Shown here one piece after another: positions 19,905-30,900 of a stretch of DNA of 64,000 bases; within the stretch, counting starts at the first letter, position 1, and each line of letters opens with the position of its first letter. The position numbers and the translations under genes are program-made. The notes under the pieces are model-generated. The model made no database searches. It had not been told where the DNA came from and worked only from the letters and a program-made list of their open reading frames with translations. This DNA is from an uncultured Candidatus Saccharibacteria bacterium (GTDB taxonomy: Bacteria; Patescibacteriota; Minisyncoccia; Phycocordibacterales; UBA2100). Location of the stretch: NCBI GenBank assembly GCA_964424265.1, contig CAYRHX010000005.1:7951-71950 (forward strand), in the 5' to 3' direction.

Positions 19905-21202
19905 CACCGCGTACTTTTATCTGCGCCACGGTTCTATCGGCGCTCTCTCTCATATTGCCCATGTATGGGTACGCCCAAAACACACCTCAATCCGAAAGTC
20001 GTCTCGACGGACTTCAATCACAAATCGACGAACATAAGGCCAAGATCGAAGCTCTGGACAAGGAAATCGCCGAATTTCAGACACAACTTGATGCCGTGGC
20101 GAGCAAAAAGAAAACCCTCCAAAACACACTCTCTCAACTTGATTTGCAGATTAAGAAGGCCACCGCATCGATTAATTCCACGAAAAACAAAATCAGCGCG
20201 ACCCAGCTCGAAATCGCTCAACTCGAGAAAGGTATTGCGGGCAAGCAGGTATCTATTGAGACAGGATCGGCTGGGTTGCAAGAATCGCTGCGAAGTCTCA
20301 ACGAAGCTGAGTCATACCCACTTTCGATACGCATACTTTCCTCAGAGGACATTTCAGATGCCTGGACAGACGCCGACATGATACAGAGTCTCCAGGTAGC
20401 GATACGCGATCAGATCACCAAGCTCTCTTCCGAGAAACGATCACTTTCAAACACAAAAAAGGAGACTGAATCCAAACGCGAGCAGCTGCTGAAGCAGAAA
20501 AATACTTTGCTCGCCCAGCAAGGCTCCTTGACGGCCCAGAAGAAAGCGCAGAGCGAGCTGCTCGCACAGACGAAGTCTCAGGAATCGACGTACCAGGCGA
20601 TCCTTGCACAGAAACAGGCCGCTAAGTCGACCTTTGAAGCGGCCCTTACTGATTTGAAATCGCAATTTCAAAAAATCGTAGATCCATCAGAGATTCTCAC
20701 TGCGGGAAAGGGGATACTGCGCTGGCCCGTCGACAACGTACGCATCACCCAACAATTTGGCAATACGGCGTTTGCTGCGGCTGGTGCATACAACGGAAAG
20801 GGGCACAACGGAATCGACTTTGCGGCCCCTATCGGTACACCGATCAAATCTGCGCTTTCTGGCATAGTCTTAGCTACTGGAAATACGGACAGCATCAAAG
20901 GATGCTATTCCTTCGGAAAGTGGGTGATGGTAAAACATGCAAACGGACTCAACACCATGTACTCGCATCTCTCGCAAATTGATGTGTCGACAGGCCAATC
21001 GGTTAGTACGGGACAAATCCTTGGATACAGTGGAGAGACGGGATACGCTACGGGTCCTCATCTACACTTTGGCGTATATGTGAGCTCCGCGACGCAAATC
21101 GTGAAGCTTGGCACCGCCACAAATTCTAAGACACCGTGTGCGCAAGCAACCATACCCATCACTCCGCTTTCGGGGTATTTAGACCCGATGAATTATTTAT
21201 AG
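19901..21202 (+). CDS. M23 (LytM) peptidase with N-terminal coiled coil (EnvC-like)
   Basis: Signal peptide and long Q/E/K-rich coiled coil. GHNGIDF ... TGYATGPHLHFGVY. Confidence 0.8.
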   Translation: MTPRTFICATVLSALSLILPMYGYAQNTPQSESRLDGLQSQIDEHKAKIEALDKEIAEFQTQLDAVASKKKTLQNTLSQLDLQIKKATASINSTKNKISATQLEIAQLEKGIAGKQVSIETGSAGLQESLRSLNEAESYPLSIRILSSEDISDAWTDADMIQSLQVAIRDQITKLSSEKRSLSNTKKETESKREQLLKQKNTLLAQQGSLTAQKKAQSELLAQTKSQESTYQAILAQKQAAKSTFEAALTDLKSQFQKIVDPSEILTAGKGILRWPVDNVRITQQFGNTAFAAAGAYNGKGHNGIDFAAPIGTPIKSALSGIVLATGNTDSIKGCYSFGKWVMVKHANGLNTMYSHLSQIDVSTGQSVSTGQILGYSGETGYATGPHLHFGVYVSSATQIVKLGTATNSKTPCAQATIPITPLSGYLDPMNYL

Positions 21203-21849
21203 AGTTTGCCACCACGGGTCCACTCAGTGGTTTTCATCGCGCGTATTTCGACTGGCGTACCGCGGCGTAAAAGTCTTAGATTTTTTTGGGGAGCGATAGG
21301 GAAGTGACGAGTGGAATCGAGGGCGTCGACGAGCAATACGAGATCTTTTTCCTCTGTGATCCATGTGTGAGGAGCAAAGCGAGACACATCAAATGGCCTT
21401 GAATACGCGCGAAGTGATTTGTTACCGTTCCACTCCAAGTATTCGTGGAAATACGACATGGCGAGCTCACGCGGCGACTCATACACCGGATCGCGATATC
21501 GAAGGATCGCATGATTCGTTTTGCTCACCGCGCCCCAAAGTCCTGATTGCTTGAATAGGGCCACGACGTGATCTTCATCCTCAGGAACTGTCCGAAAATC
21601 CATCAGAAGCGGGGATTGCCCGTGATAGGCAAACGCGGCCGCTGCAAATAACGCTCCCTCGAAGCAATGAGCGCGTCTTTCCTCAATAACTCGTCTCGGC
21701 GACATGTATGTCTCACCGGAAAGCTCAAAATTGATAGGAAGCTTATCCAGGTAGTCTTGAATCTTTTGCGGAGTCTTCAATCGCGAAAAAAGAATCCGCT
21801 CTGCCGGCCCAAGGATCTTCCTAACCGAACTCTGGTATGAACCATGCAT
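21193..21849 (-). CDS. hypothetical protein, possibly transglutaminase-like cysteine protease fold
   Basis: Candidate Cys/His/Asp triad: RRAHCFEGALF, DEDHVVALF, RYRDP. Weak. Confidence 0.35.
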   Translation of the reverse strand: MHGSYQSSVRKILGPAERILFSRLKTPQKIQDYLDKLPINFELSGETYMSPRRVIEERRAHCFEGALFAAAAFAYHGQSPLLMDFRTVPEDEDHVVALFKQSGLWGAVSKTNHAILRYRDPVYESPRELAMSYFHEYLEWNGNKSLRAYSRPFDVSRFAPHTWITEEKDLVLLVDALDSTRHFPIAPQKNLRLLRRGTPVEIRAMKTTEWTRGGKLYK

Positions 21850-21885
21850 ACGATATCTATTGTAGCCCGGCTTTGCTCCCGACTC

Positions 21886-21905
21886 CCCCGAAATTCGGGC
21901 TTTTT
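21886..21905 (+). terminator. rho-independent terminator-like hairpin + T-run with no upstream plus-strand CDS
   Basis: Hairpin cccgaa-at-ttcggg followed by ctttttg. Confidence 0.3.
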
Positions 21906-22344
21906 GAGACAGGGGATGAGGAGTACGTAATTAAGCCGCGTCTCGGAAAAAAGCACCGGCATCGAGATCGGGGGACAAGAATTTTGGATTTGGGCACCGG
22001 AGGGGAAACAGGATATCAATCACTGCGCACCAGAGGCTCCTGAGGCATTTTAGAGGCCTTTGCGGCCTCGCGGCCCTAGTGGCCGCCGCCCTTGTTTGTA
22101 CCTATCTACACGTCGCAAAAGATATATTGTGCGACGTGCGTAATCTCGTCCTCCCTATGTATTAGACCACACCCCTGTCAATATCACTCACGGCTTCTTT
22201 TTGCCAGCGTCGACAAAAAAATACTTGGCGGCCGACGCATGTAGAATTTGTAGAAGACAACACTGTAAAATTAAAAATATATTTCAAGAGACGAAGGCAC
22301 CCTCCCCCGCGATGTATCACTCCCCCACTAAATCCTGAAATTTA

Positions 22345-22941
22345 CTAAGCGATTTTCCAAGGAATTTCGAATTCTGAAAATTCTGGCAGAAGTTTTTTTC
22401 CATAGAGAAGACGCGATACGACTTCCGCATGGGACAAAGCACCGGTAAGCGCGTTGTGCGGTTGCGGCTCTTCTGGTATTCCACAGTAATTGAGTACGGC
22501 ATCGAGATCGAGTGCACTGCGCCGTTGTCGTACCGGCGGCTGTAAGCCCCGATTGATCATGTGCATATAGCACAACGTGTGCGTATCGATAGTACGATAT
22601 GCGAAAGGCCAATCGGTGTGCCCGGCTCGCTCCGCTGCAGTCTTGAGAAAATCGCGATCGAAGGACACGTTTTGACCTGCCAGAGTCCTCTCCTCAAGAT
22701 TTTCACTCCAATGTAAAAATGAGTGTACGAGATCAGACTCGGATTGCTTTTTTGAATCTAGTATTTGTGCCTTAGTAAACCCATTGACCGCAAGGGCCTC
22801 GTCCATAATGTGCGCGCCGTCCCATACACGACACTCCTCATAATAGCGGTTTTGAGGATTCGCAAAATCTAGCGCCCCAACGCTTACAATAGAATGCCTC
22901 TTCGCCTCTGTACCCGAGGCTTCCACATCAACGATTAACAT
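22345..22941 (-). CDS. DEDDh 3'-5' exonuclease (DnaQ/epsilon-like)
   Basis: Exo I motif LIVDVEASG. Exo III motif HNALTGALSHAEV. Start taken at the internal ATG 22941 to avoid overlapping the upstream gene. Confidence 0.7.
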   Translation of the reverse strand: MLIVDVEASGTEAKRHSIVSVGALDFANPQNRYYEECRVWDGAHIMDEALAVNGFTKAQILDSKKQSESDLVHSFLHWSENLEERTLAGQNVSFDRDFLKTAAERAGHTDWPFAYRTIDTHTLCYMHMINRGLQPPVRQRRSALDLDAVLNYCGIPEEPQPHNALTGALSHAEVVSRLLYGKKLLPEFSEFEIPWKIA

Positions 22942-22978
22942 ACAGACAAGTATAGCGTACACAGGACAAACCACTAAA

Positions 22979-23341
22979 TTATTCCAACCCTTTACAGTTC
23001 TTCGCAGGCACATATCCGGCTGCGCGGGCCTCTTTTTCGCTCGAAAACCAGCGAACATTTTGAGCAGTGATCTTGGCCGCCCCAGCACACCAAGGATAAT
23101 GGTACGTGCTCCCGGACCTCGACCCTACCAACAACCCGCCGAGCAGCATTGGACGCGGCTCCTCCTGTGTGGGCGCTTGAGATACTGAAATTATCGGCCG
23201 TGCCGCTTCAGCGGCAGAGAGCCGGCCAAGACCAAAGGACCCCAAACATGCGACAACGACTATCGTCAGAGTGCCCCATTCTGAGAGCCCATCATCGAGA
23301 AGACCCTTGATTTTCCCCCGCCATTCGTGTATATTCTGCAT
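22979..23341 (-). CDS. small membrane-anchored protein with C-terminal Cys/His motif (Ada-like Zn-binding pattern)
   Basis: N-terminal TM. C-terminal YHYPWCAGAAKI...RWFSSEKEARAAGYVPAKNC. Confidence 0.4.
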   Translation of the reverse strand: MQNIHEWRGKIKGLLDDGLSEWGTLTIVVVACLGSFGLGRLSAAEAARPIISVSQAPTQEEPRPMLLGGLLVGSRSGSTYHYPWCAGAAKITAQNVRWFSSEKEARAAGYVPAKNCKGLE

Positions 23342-23369
23342 GTTAGTTAATCATACATTGTAAGCGAAT

Positions 23370-23642
23370 ATGGCACATACAAAAGCAGGCGGAACAGCGC
23401 GCAACCTCAACGATTCAAATCCGAAGTATCTCGGTGTTAAGCGGTCTGATGGCCAAAAAGTGGCCATTGGAGAGATTATTGTCCGACAGCGCGGCACCGC
23501 CATTATGTCGGGCAAAAACATCGGCGTTGGCGTCGATCACACCCTTTTTGCTCGCGTTGGTGGTACGGTCAAATTCCGTTCTGCTCGCAAGACCAACTTC
23601 GACGGCCGTTCGGTCACTCGCCGGGTAGTGGACGTGATCTAA
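23370..23642 (+). CDS. rpmA: 50S ribosomal protein L27
   Basis: [12 protein letters not shown]...[22 protein letters not shown]. Confidence 0.9.
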   Translation: MAHTKAGGTARNLNDSNPKYLGVKRSDGQKVAIGEIIVRQRGTAIMSGKNIGVGVDHTLFARVGGTVKFRSARKTNFDGRSVTRRVVDVI

Positions 23643-23657
23643 TCCCCCTCTCCAGAC

Positions 23658-24104
23658 TTACGCTTTCGCGATAACTGCGAAAGTGATATTTGCTTTTGCC
23701 TTACCTGCGATAAGTGTGATCGCATGCTCCCCTACTTCTTTGATTGGCTTCGCGAGCGCAACGATATCCTCAGCGATTCGTACACCTTTCTGCTCAGTAA
23801 TGGCGCGCGCCACATCTGCTGCTGTAATTGATTTGAAAAGCCCTCCTTTTTCTGTCGCACGAGCCACGATTTCTATTCGAGAACCTTCGAGGCTTCTAAC
23901 GGTACTCAAGAGCGCGACCTGCTCTTTCTCGCGCGCCTCCCTCTCTTTTTTCTGTGCCGCCTCGTATGTGGCAACTTTGTCCGGTGTCGCTTGAATCGCA
24001 AGTCCTCGCGCGATTAAGAAATTGAGCGCGTACCCATCGGCTACCTCTTTGACTGTCCCGTGCTGACCTACCTTTGCCACATCTTTGATGAGAATGACTT
24101 TCAT
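23658..24104 (-). CDS. rplI: 50S ribosomal protein L9
   Basis: [31 protein letters not shown]. Confidence 0.9.
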   Translation of the reverse strand: MKVILIKDVAKVGQHGTVKEVADGYALNFLIARGLAIQATPDKVATYEAAQKKEREAREKEQVALLSTVRSLEGSRIEIVARATEKGGLFKSITAADVARAITEQKGVRIAEDIVALAKPIKEVGEHAITLIAGKAKANITFAVIAKA

Positions 24105-24112
24105 ACGTGTTT

Positions 24113-25387
24113 CTACTTTTCGGATTTGAGGAGGCTTACGGCCTTCTCCAGGGCAACGTCTGTGCCTGCTTTTGCCTGTCCTTCCGTGGCCTCCACCTTC
24201 ACGTCCGGCACTATACCATCACGAGGGATCTGTACGCCATCTGGAGTAAGCCAGCGAGCGACGGTTATTTTGAGGGACGTATCAGGGGTGATTTCGACAA
24301 GCTCCTGCACCGAACCCTTCCCAAACGTATTGGTGCCAACGAGCCGTGCGATACCGTGAGTCCGCAGCGCCCCCGCCAATATTTCTGAAGCCGAGGCAGA
24401 TCCGTGATCGACGAGAATTATCATTTTGAGATTTTCGTTGAAAATATCGTATCCGAGAGAACGATGAGCGACATTACGCGAGTGCCCCGCGTAATCCTCT
24501 GAAACCACGATCTTACCACTGGGTAGAAACCAGCTGGCCATATCAACCGCCGCCTCTAGATACCCGCCTGGATTGCCTCTCAGATCGAGGATGAGCTTGT
24601 GGCTGCGAGATTCGACGAATTCGCGCAACGCGGATCGGAATAGATCGGGAGAGTTGGACGTAAACGTGGCTAGCTGTATTACAAAAATCCCATCTGGTCG
24701 ATTGGTAGTTATTATAACCGGGACATCGATGACATCGCGGATAACTTTTATTTCTTTAGGAGTGTCCCACCCGGCCCGAGCAATGAGAAATGCCACTTCC
24801 GTTCCTTTAGGGCCACGAATTTTGCGGACTGCGGTGCTTACATCCATCCCTGAAGTAACGACCCCGTCGATCTTTAATATCCGATCTTTCGCCTTTAGAC
24901 CCGCCCTTTCGGCTGGCGTCCCCTTCAAGGGAGACACAATCGTGAGAATCTGGTCGCGCACCGCCACTTCCATACCCACTCCCTCAAAACTTCCACTCAT
25001 ATCAGATGCGAATTCTTCATTCTCAACGGGAGGAAGGAAAAAGGTATACGGATCGTTGAGAGACGCAGAGAGACCGCTGATCATGCCCCAAACGCGCTCT
25101 TGATTAAGATCCTCGGTAGTCGTCGCCACGATTGAAGACGTTGCGACTGAGGCAGGTACAAATTTCTCATCGATAACACTCCAGGCTTTCCACACAGGTG
25201 TAAAATCGACCCCGACCGGTTGCCCTGTTTGAACGAGAGCCCGAGCCTGCGCCACATACCCGCTATTTCCTATCCAATATCCACCAGCAAACGCGCCAAT
25301 GACCGTGAGTGTGCCGAACAAAGCGGCAGCGCGAAGCGTGATTGTGGTGCGGGGCTCAAAAGGGAGCATTGCGAGATTATCGCACAT
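24113..25387 (-). CDS. ctpA: carboxyl-terminal processing protease (S41, PDZ-containing)
   Basis: [11 protein letters not shown] and TFGKGSVQ motifs. PDZ segment. Confidence 0.85.
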   Translation of the reverse strand: MCDNLAMLPFEPRTTITLRAAALFGTLTVIGAFAGGYWIGNSGYVAQARALVQTGQPVGVDFTPVWKAWSVIDEKFVPASVATSSIVATTTEDLNQERVWGMISGLSASLNDPYTFFLPPVENEEFASDMSGSFEGVGMEVAVRDQILTIVSPLKGTPAERAGLKAKDRILKIDGVVTSGMDVSTAVRKIRGPKGTEVAFLIARAGWDTPKEIKVIRDVIDVPVIITTNRPDGIFVIQLATFTSNSPDLFRSALREFVESRSHKLILDLRGNPGGYLEAAVDMASWFLPSGKIVVSEDYAGHSRNVAHRSLGYDIFNENLKMIILVDHGSASASEILAGALRTHGIARLVGTNTFGKGSVQELVEITPDTSLKITVARWLTPDGVQIPRDGIVPDVKVEATEGQAKAGTDVALEKAVSLLKSEK

Positions 25388-25420
25388 TCGTTCGACCTCT
25401 CAAACTTCACCACGTACGAC

Positions 25421-26350
25421 ATGCGGTATAATCACACGATGCGTTCTCGATACGAACACAACGGGCTTGTATGGGTGGATCTTGAGTCGCCGAGTAGAGA
25501 CGAAATACGTGAGGTTATAGAAGCATTCCACGTGGCACCCCTCGTCGCAGAGGAGCTTCTCATCCCATCCACGAAACCCCGCGTGGAATTTTCCGAAAAC
25601 TACGCATATCTCGTCCTTCACTTCCCTGCCCTACGGCACAGCCATACCAACAAGGAGCAGGAGATCGATTTCATCGTCGGAAAGAAGTTTCTCGTCACAA
25701 CTCGCTATGACACGATAGACCCGCTTCATAAGTTCTCAAAGATATTTGAGGTCAATAGCGTGCTGCAAAAAAGTAATTTTGGCGATCATGCGGGATACAT
25801 GTTTTTTTATATGCTCAAGAACCTTTACCAATCCGTCGAACACGAGCTCGAATTCATTCTCCGCGATCTCGCATCCATTGAGGAGCACATTTTCTCCGGT
25901 CTTGAAGTACCCATGGTCGAAGATATTTCTCGGAGCGCGCGAGATCTCTTGAATTTGCGTCAACGTATCGAGCCGCATAGAGAAATTTTGCGCGACTTTG
26001 AGTCGGGTGCTGTCAAATTGTTTGGTCCAGAATTTGCCCCCTTTCTTCGTTCTGTTTCAGACCATTACTATCGAGTCCACAACCACATCATGCGGGCCAC
26101 GGAATCCCTTCACGAACTGAGAGAAACAAATAACTCTCTTCTCACGACGAAACAAAATGAAACGATGCGCATCCTTACGCTCATGGCCCTCGTGACGTTC
26201 CCCCTCTCTCTGCTCGTTGCTATTTTGTCCAGTGACACCCTGCACAATCCCATTGTCGGCACGCGATACGACTTTTGGATCATTGTCGGCCTTACAGTCT
26301 TGGCTGGTGCGGCCATGTTGGCTTATTTCAAGTATAAAAAGTGGCTTTGA
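25421..26350 (+). CDS. CorA-family divalent cation transporter-like protein lacking the GMN signature
   Basis: CorA-like soluble domain followed by two C-terminal TM helices. AILSSDTL occupies the position of YGMNF. Confidence 0.55.
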   Translation: MRYNHTMRSRYEHNGLVWVDLESPSRDEIREVIEAFHVAPLVAEELLIPSTKPRVEFSENYAYLVLHFPALRHSHTNKEQEIDFIVGKKFLVTTRYDTIDPLHKFSKIFEVNSVLQKSNFGDHAGYMFFYMLKNLYQSVEHELEFILRDLASIEEHIFSGLEVPMVEDISRSARDLLNLRQRIEPHREILRDFESGAVKLFGPEFAPFLRSVSDHYYRVHNHIMRATESLHELRETNNSLLTTKQNETMRILTLMALVTFPLSLLVAILSSDTLHNPIVGTRYDFWIIVGLTVLAGAAMLAYFKYKKWL

Positions 26351-27876
26351 TGCGTATGAAGGATTGGCTCCACCTTTTTTCCTCTCTGTACGCTTCCGCA
26401 CGAAAGCGCGTTGTAACCCCTAAAAAAAAAGACGTTCCCGCCGGGTGCGGTATCTCCTTTTTCAACACGCTATCACGATCCGTAGAACAATTCACCTCTT
26501 TGCAACCAGGAGTCGCCAAAATGTACAACTGTGGTCCGACGGTCTATGGTCGGCAACACATCGGTAACCTCTCGATGTTTGTGTTTACGGACATACTTCG
26601 GAAAACGCTCGAATACAATGGATACAAAGTGAAGCAGGTAATCAACTTCACCGATTTCGGCCACCTTTCCTCTGACGGAGACGAAGGAGAAGACAAGATG
26701 ACCAAAGGTTTGAAACGGGAAGGTCTCGCGCTCAGCTTGGAAAATATGCGAGCGCTCGGTGAGAAATACGCGGATATATTTCTTGAAGATGTTCGCAGCC
26801 TTAATGTTCCGGTCGACACGATCACCTTCCCACGAGCCAGCGATTTCATTCCTGCTCAAATCGCGATGATCCATACACTTCAGGAAAAGGGTTACACCTA
26901 TAGCGCCTCAGGCAACGTTTACTTCGACACTTCGCGTTTTTCCGATTATGGAAAGCTCGGCGGGATCAATCTCGAAGGCCTCAAGTCTGGTGCGCGCGTA
27001 AAAATCAGCGAGGACAAAAAGAATCCCACCGACTTTCTTCTCTGGAAATCAAGTAAGAGACTTGGCTGGGACAGCCCATGGGGTAAGGGTTTCCCAGGCT
27101 GGCATATTGAGTGCTCTGCTATGATACGAGCCACTCTTGGGGCGCAGATCGACATCCACACGGGCGGCATAGAGCACATTCCAATTCACCACAACAATGA
27201 AATAGCCCAATCAGAATCTGCGACAGGCAAACGCCCGCTCTCGCGCTTTTGGATGCACCGCGCGCACATACAGCTTGAGGGTTCTAAAATCGCGAAATCC
27301 GCTGGCAACGTCATATACATGTCGGACATCATTGAGCGTGGTTTTCACCCTCTCGCCCTGCGATACCTATTTTTGAGTTCTCATTATCGTACCGCGTCCA
27401 ACTTTACGTGGGAGGCGCTAGGCGCCGCACAGACCGCGTTTGCAAAGCTTGTCGCACTACGACTCGCATCCGCCCACGTCTCCCCCACCGCCAATACTGA
27501 GTGGAAAAGAAAGTTCACCGTGAAAATCGACAACGATCTCGACACTCCTGGAGCGCTTTCAATACTCTGGGAGATGGCACATGACGCATCGTTGTCCGAG
27601 GACGAGAGACTCTCTACGCTTCTTGATTTTGATTCCGTACTCGGCCTTAACCTTGCTGAGCCAAACGACACAGCTCGGAAACTTGCCGAAGGGTTTATGC
27701 GGAAAGAGATACAAGCCGCCGATGTGCCGGAGCACGTAGCTGCGCTTATCAAGGAGCGCGAGGCTGCCCGAAGTGCTACGGACTGGAAGCGTGCAGACGA
27801 GCTGCGCGACACTCTCGCGGGCGAAGGTTACTCTCTCGAAGACTCCTCAGACGGTCTCAAAATTCTCAAAATGTAG
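26350..27876 (+). CDS. cysS: cysteinyl-tRNA synthetase
   Basis: MYNCGPTVYGRQHIGNL (HIGH region). GWHIECSAM. KIAKSAGN (KMSKS-like motif). Start uncertain: 26341 GTG, 26350 ATG or 26356 ATG. Confidence 0.9.
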   Translation: MRMKDWLHLFSSLYASARKRVVTPKKKDVPAGCGISFFNTLSRSVEQFTSLQPGVAKMYNCGPTVYGRQHIGNLSMFVFTDILRKTLEYNGYKVKQVINFTDFGHLSSDGDEGEDKMTKGLKREGLALSLENMRALGEKYADIFLEDVRSLNVPVDTITFPRASDFIPAQIAMIHTLQEKGYTYSASGNVYFDTSRFSDYGKLGGINLEGLKSGARVKISEDKKNPTDFLLWKSSKRLGWDSPWGKGFPGWHIECSAMIRATLGAQIDIHTGGIEHIPIHHNNEIAQSESATGKRPLSRFWMHRAHIQLEGSKIAKSAGNVIYMSDIIERGFHPLALRYLFLSSHYRTASNFTWEALGAAQTAFAKLVALRLASAHVSPTANTEWKRKFTVKIDNDLDTPGALSILWEMAHDASLSEDERLSTLLDFDSVLGLNLAEPNDTARKLAEGFMRKEIQAADVPEHVAALIKEREAARSATDWKRADELRDTLAGEGYSLEDSSDGLKILKM

Positions 27877-27928
27877 ATTTGCCTGTGCTGTCTGTAGCGT
27901 GCGAGCACCCTGCCAACAACACCCATAC

Positions 27929-30900
27929 TTAATCCTGAACGACGAAGTTGACCAATCTCCCGGGCACGACAATCGTCCGCAAGACATTTTTCCCATCCAG
28001 TCGCGCTTTTACTATCTTGCGCGCGGCATCTTCAAGAACAGTCCTATCGGCTCCAATATCCACCTCCACGGTACCGCGTGTTTTACCGTTGATTTGTACG
28101 GCAATGGTAAGGATTTCACTCTTGAGAAGAGTCTCGTCGTACCGCGGCCACTTTTCGAGGTGGATAGATTTTTTGTGATCCACCCTCCAGAGTTCTTCTG
28201 CCATGTGCGGCGCAAATGGCGCAATAAGCCGCAAGAAGATCCCCCACTGCAACCTCCCTATCTTCCCCTCTTTCTCGATGGCATTGAGGAAAATCATTAA
28301 TTGGCTGATGCCGGTATTAAATTTGAGCGCGCCTATGTCTTCGCCAACTTTTTTTATCGTTTTATGCAGTAAGCCGTTGAGCCCAGGAATGTCGTTCTTC
28401 TCGACTGCTGATCGCATTCGCCATACTCGCTCAATGAACCGTCGAACGCCGACGACGCCATCTGGATTCCAGGGATAATTCGAAACCTCATTGTAAGGGC
28501 CGATAAAGGCAAGGTACATGCGCACGGTGTCGGATCCGAGCAATGCGACGACTTCATCTGGATCTATCACATTACCGCGCGATTTGCTCATCTTCTGACC
28601 ATCAGGACCCATAATGAGGGAGCGGTTCATGCGTCGGGTATACGGCTCTTTATCTTTGACAAGGCCTAGGTCATACATCGCCTTCTGCCAAAAGCGACTG
28701 TACAAAACGTGCATTGTCGTATGTTCTGCTCCTCCAGAGTACAAATCGATCGGCATCCATTTTGCGAGCTTCTTAGGATCCGCAAATTGCTTTTTATTAT
28801 TCGGATCCGTATAGCGTTGAAAATACCAAGAAGAATCGACGAAAGTATCAAATGTGTCAGTCTCCCGCTCGGCGCCCCCCTTACACTGCGGACACCTCAC
28901 CTTGACCCACTTCGTCACCTTAGCAAGTGGTGACTTGCCACTCCCTTCGGGCAAATAATCTTTCACCTCGGGGAGTTTGACCGGTAGCTTACGATCCTCG
29001 ACGGCAACGGGCCCGCATGTGGGACAGTGGATGATCGGGATCGGCACACCCCAATATCGCTGACGAGAAACGATCCAATCGCGGAGCTTGTATGTTGTCT
29101 TTTTGCGACCGAATTTTTCTACGATTTTGAGCGCCGCCGCTTCACTCGCTAACCCTGAGAACTCTCCTGAATCGACGAGAATACCCTCCTTGGCATAACA
29201 CGCGTTGCCGATGACTCGACACCACGCAATTCGCATGTCCTCTCGGTTGATGAAATTATCCATCTCATCCTTGGATAGCCATGAGACTTCGTGCTCCGCT
29301 TTTTCCTCAGGTGATATCTCATTTTGCAAACCGTTCTCGAGCTTGAAAAGGAGAGGTGTGTAATACACGGATGTATTTCTTTTCCGCACGTCGCTGAAGT
29401 ATTTGCTGTGGATGGCGCCACCGAGTTGTCTGACAAAAACCGCATTTGAATAACCCGTTTCCTCGGCAATCTCTCGCTTGGCTGCAGACACGGGATCCTC
29501 TCCGTCGTGGATACCACCCGAGACGAACCCCCGTACATCAGTGGGTTTGTAGAGGACGGCCTGATATTTCTCCTCCGACCAATGTTTGACAACGGCGAGG
29601 ATGGACCGTCGAGCAAAGAACTCCTCGTCCGCATGAACCGCATCAAGCCCTCTCGTCTGCACCACAAGAGGTTCGATTACCTCGTTAATCGGCAGGTTGA
29701 ACTTCGTCGCAAACGCGTGATCGCGCTCATCATGGGCAGGCACCGCCATAATCGCACCCGTCCCGTAGTGTCCGAGCACATAATCAGCGACCCACACGGG
29801 GATCTTCTTCCCACTTGCAGGATTGATTGCTTTCACACCATTTAACTCAACACCGGACTTTTCTTTCTGATCGGCTTGCCGCTCGAGATCTGTTTTCCGC
29901 TTCGCTTTTTCAACATACTCCTTGATCTCATCTTTATTTTTCAATATGTTGTGCTTTCCGTCTACCGCACGAATGACCCATGGGTGCTCCGGAGCAAGAA
30001 CGAGGTACGTCGCGCCAAAGAGTGTATCAGCGCGAGTCGTAAATACTCGAACCGTCGGTCGCAGCCACATAAGAACATCGGGCTCGGTGTCACCCGTGAA
30101 ATGGGGTTTATTCGATGTGCTAGTTATGCTTTGTGTACCGAGAAGCTTCGCAAGTGCCTCTGTCTGAGCATCGGAAATAGCGTGATCGCGCGGGTCGTGG
30201 AGAACGGTCACTGAGCGAACGTTTTTTCGGATCGCTTCCCCGTCAAATTTCCATGTCCATTTTTTTTCAAAACTCCTCTTTTTATCTTTAAAATTTGTAT
30301 CGACGAAGCCACCCACAGTCACGAGGCGCGCAAGCGGCTTTGTGAGTCGCTCCGCGACTTTGAGGGCAAGCACTGCCCCAAGGCTGTGTCCCACAAGAAC
30401 AGTTCGTTCGTCGTATTTTGTCGTGCGAAGAGCAAACTCCACTTGCTCTGCTTCTGATGGATTGCCCGAATTGGGTAGCCGAGGCACGAGTACTTCATGA
30501 CCCATGGCTTCGAGTTCTTTTTTTACCCATTGCCACCGAGGTAGATCGGGAGAGCCTTCAAAACCATGGAAAATTACAAATTTGTACTTCTCGCCAGTTT
30601 CAATCAGGAAATCTATCTCCGCGCCCTCCGAGCGGCCGATCCAATTTCGCTGTGACTCCTTGATTTGCTCGGGCCAGTTTAGATCTTTGAGATCATCGAT
30701 CAAACGATCCGCGTAATCGGTGATTTTGATATTCCACTGGAGCATCTTCTTTTGCACCACATCGCTATCACAACGCTCACACTTCCCCGCAACGACCTGC
30801 TCATTAGCAAGCACTGTCTTATCTTTCGGACACCAATTTACGGCTGTGTTTTTGCGATACGCCAATCCTGCTTTGAAAAATTGCAAAAAAAGCCACTGAG

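Noticed and set aside
22345-23088. Long form of the exonuclease ORF overlapping the upstream small gene by 110 nt
   Set aside because: The Exo I motif begins right after the internal Met at 22941. Using it removes the overlap.
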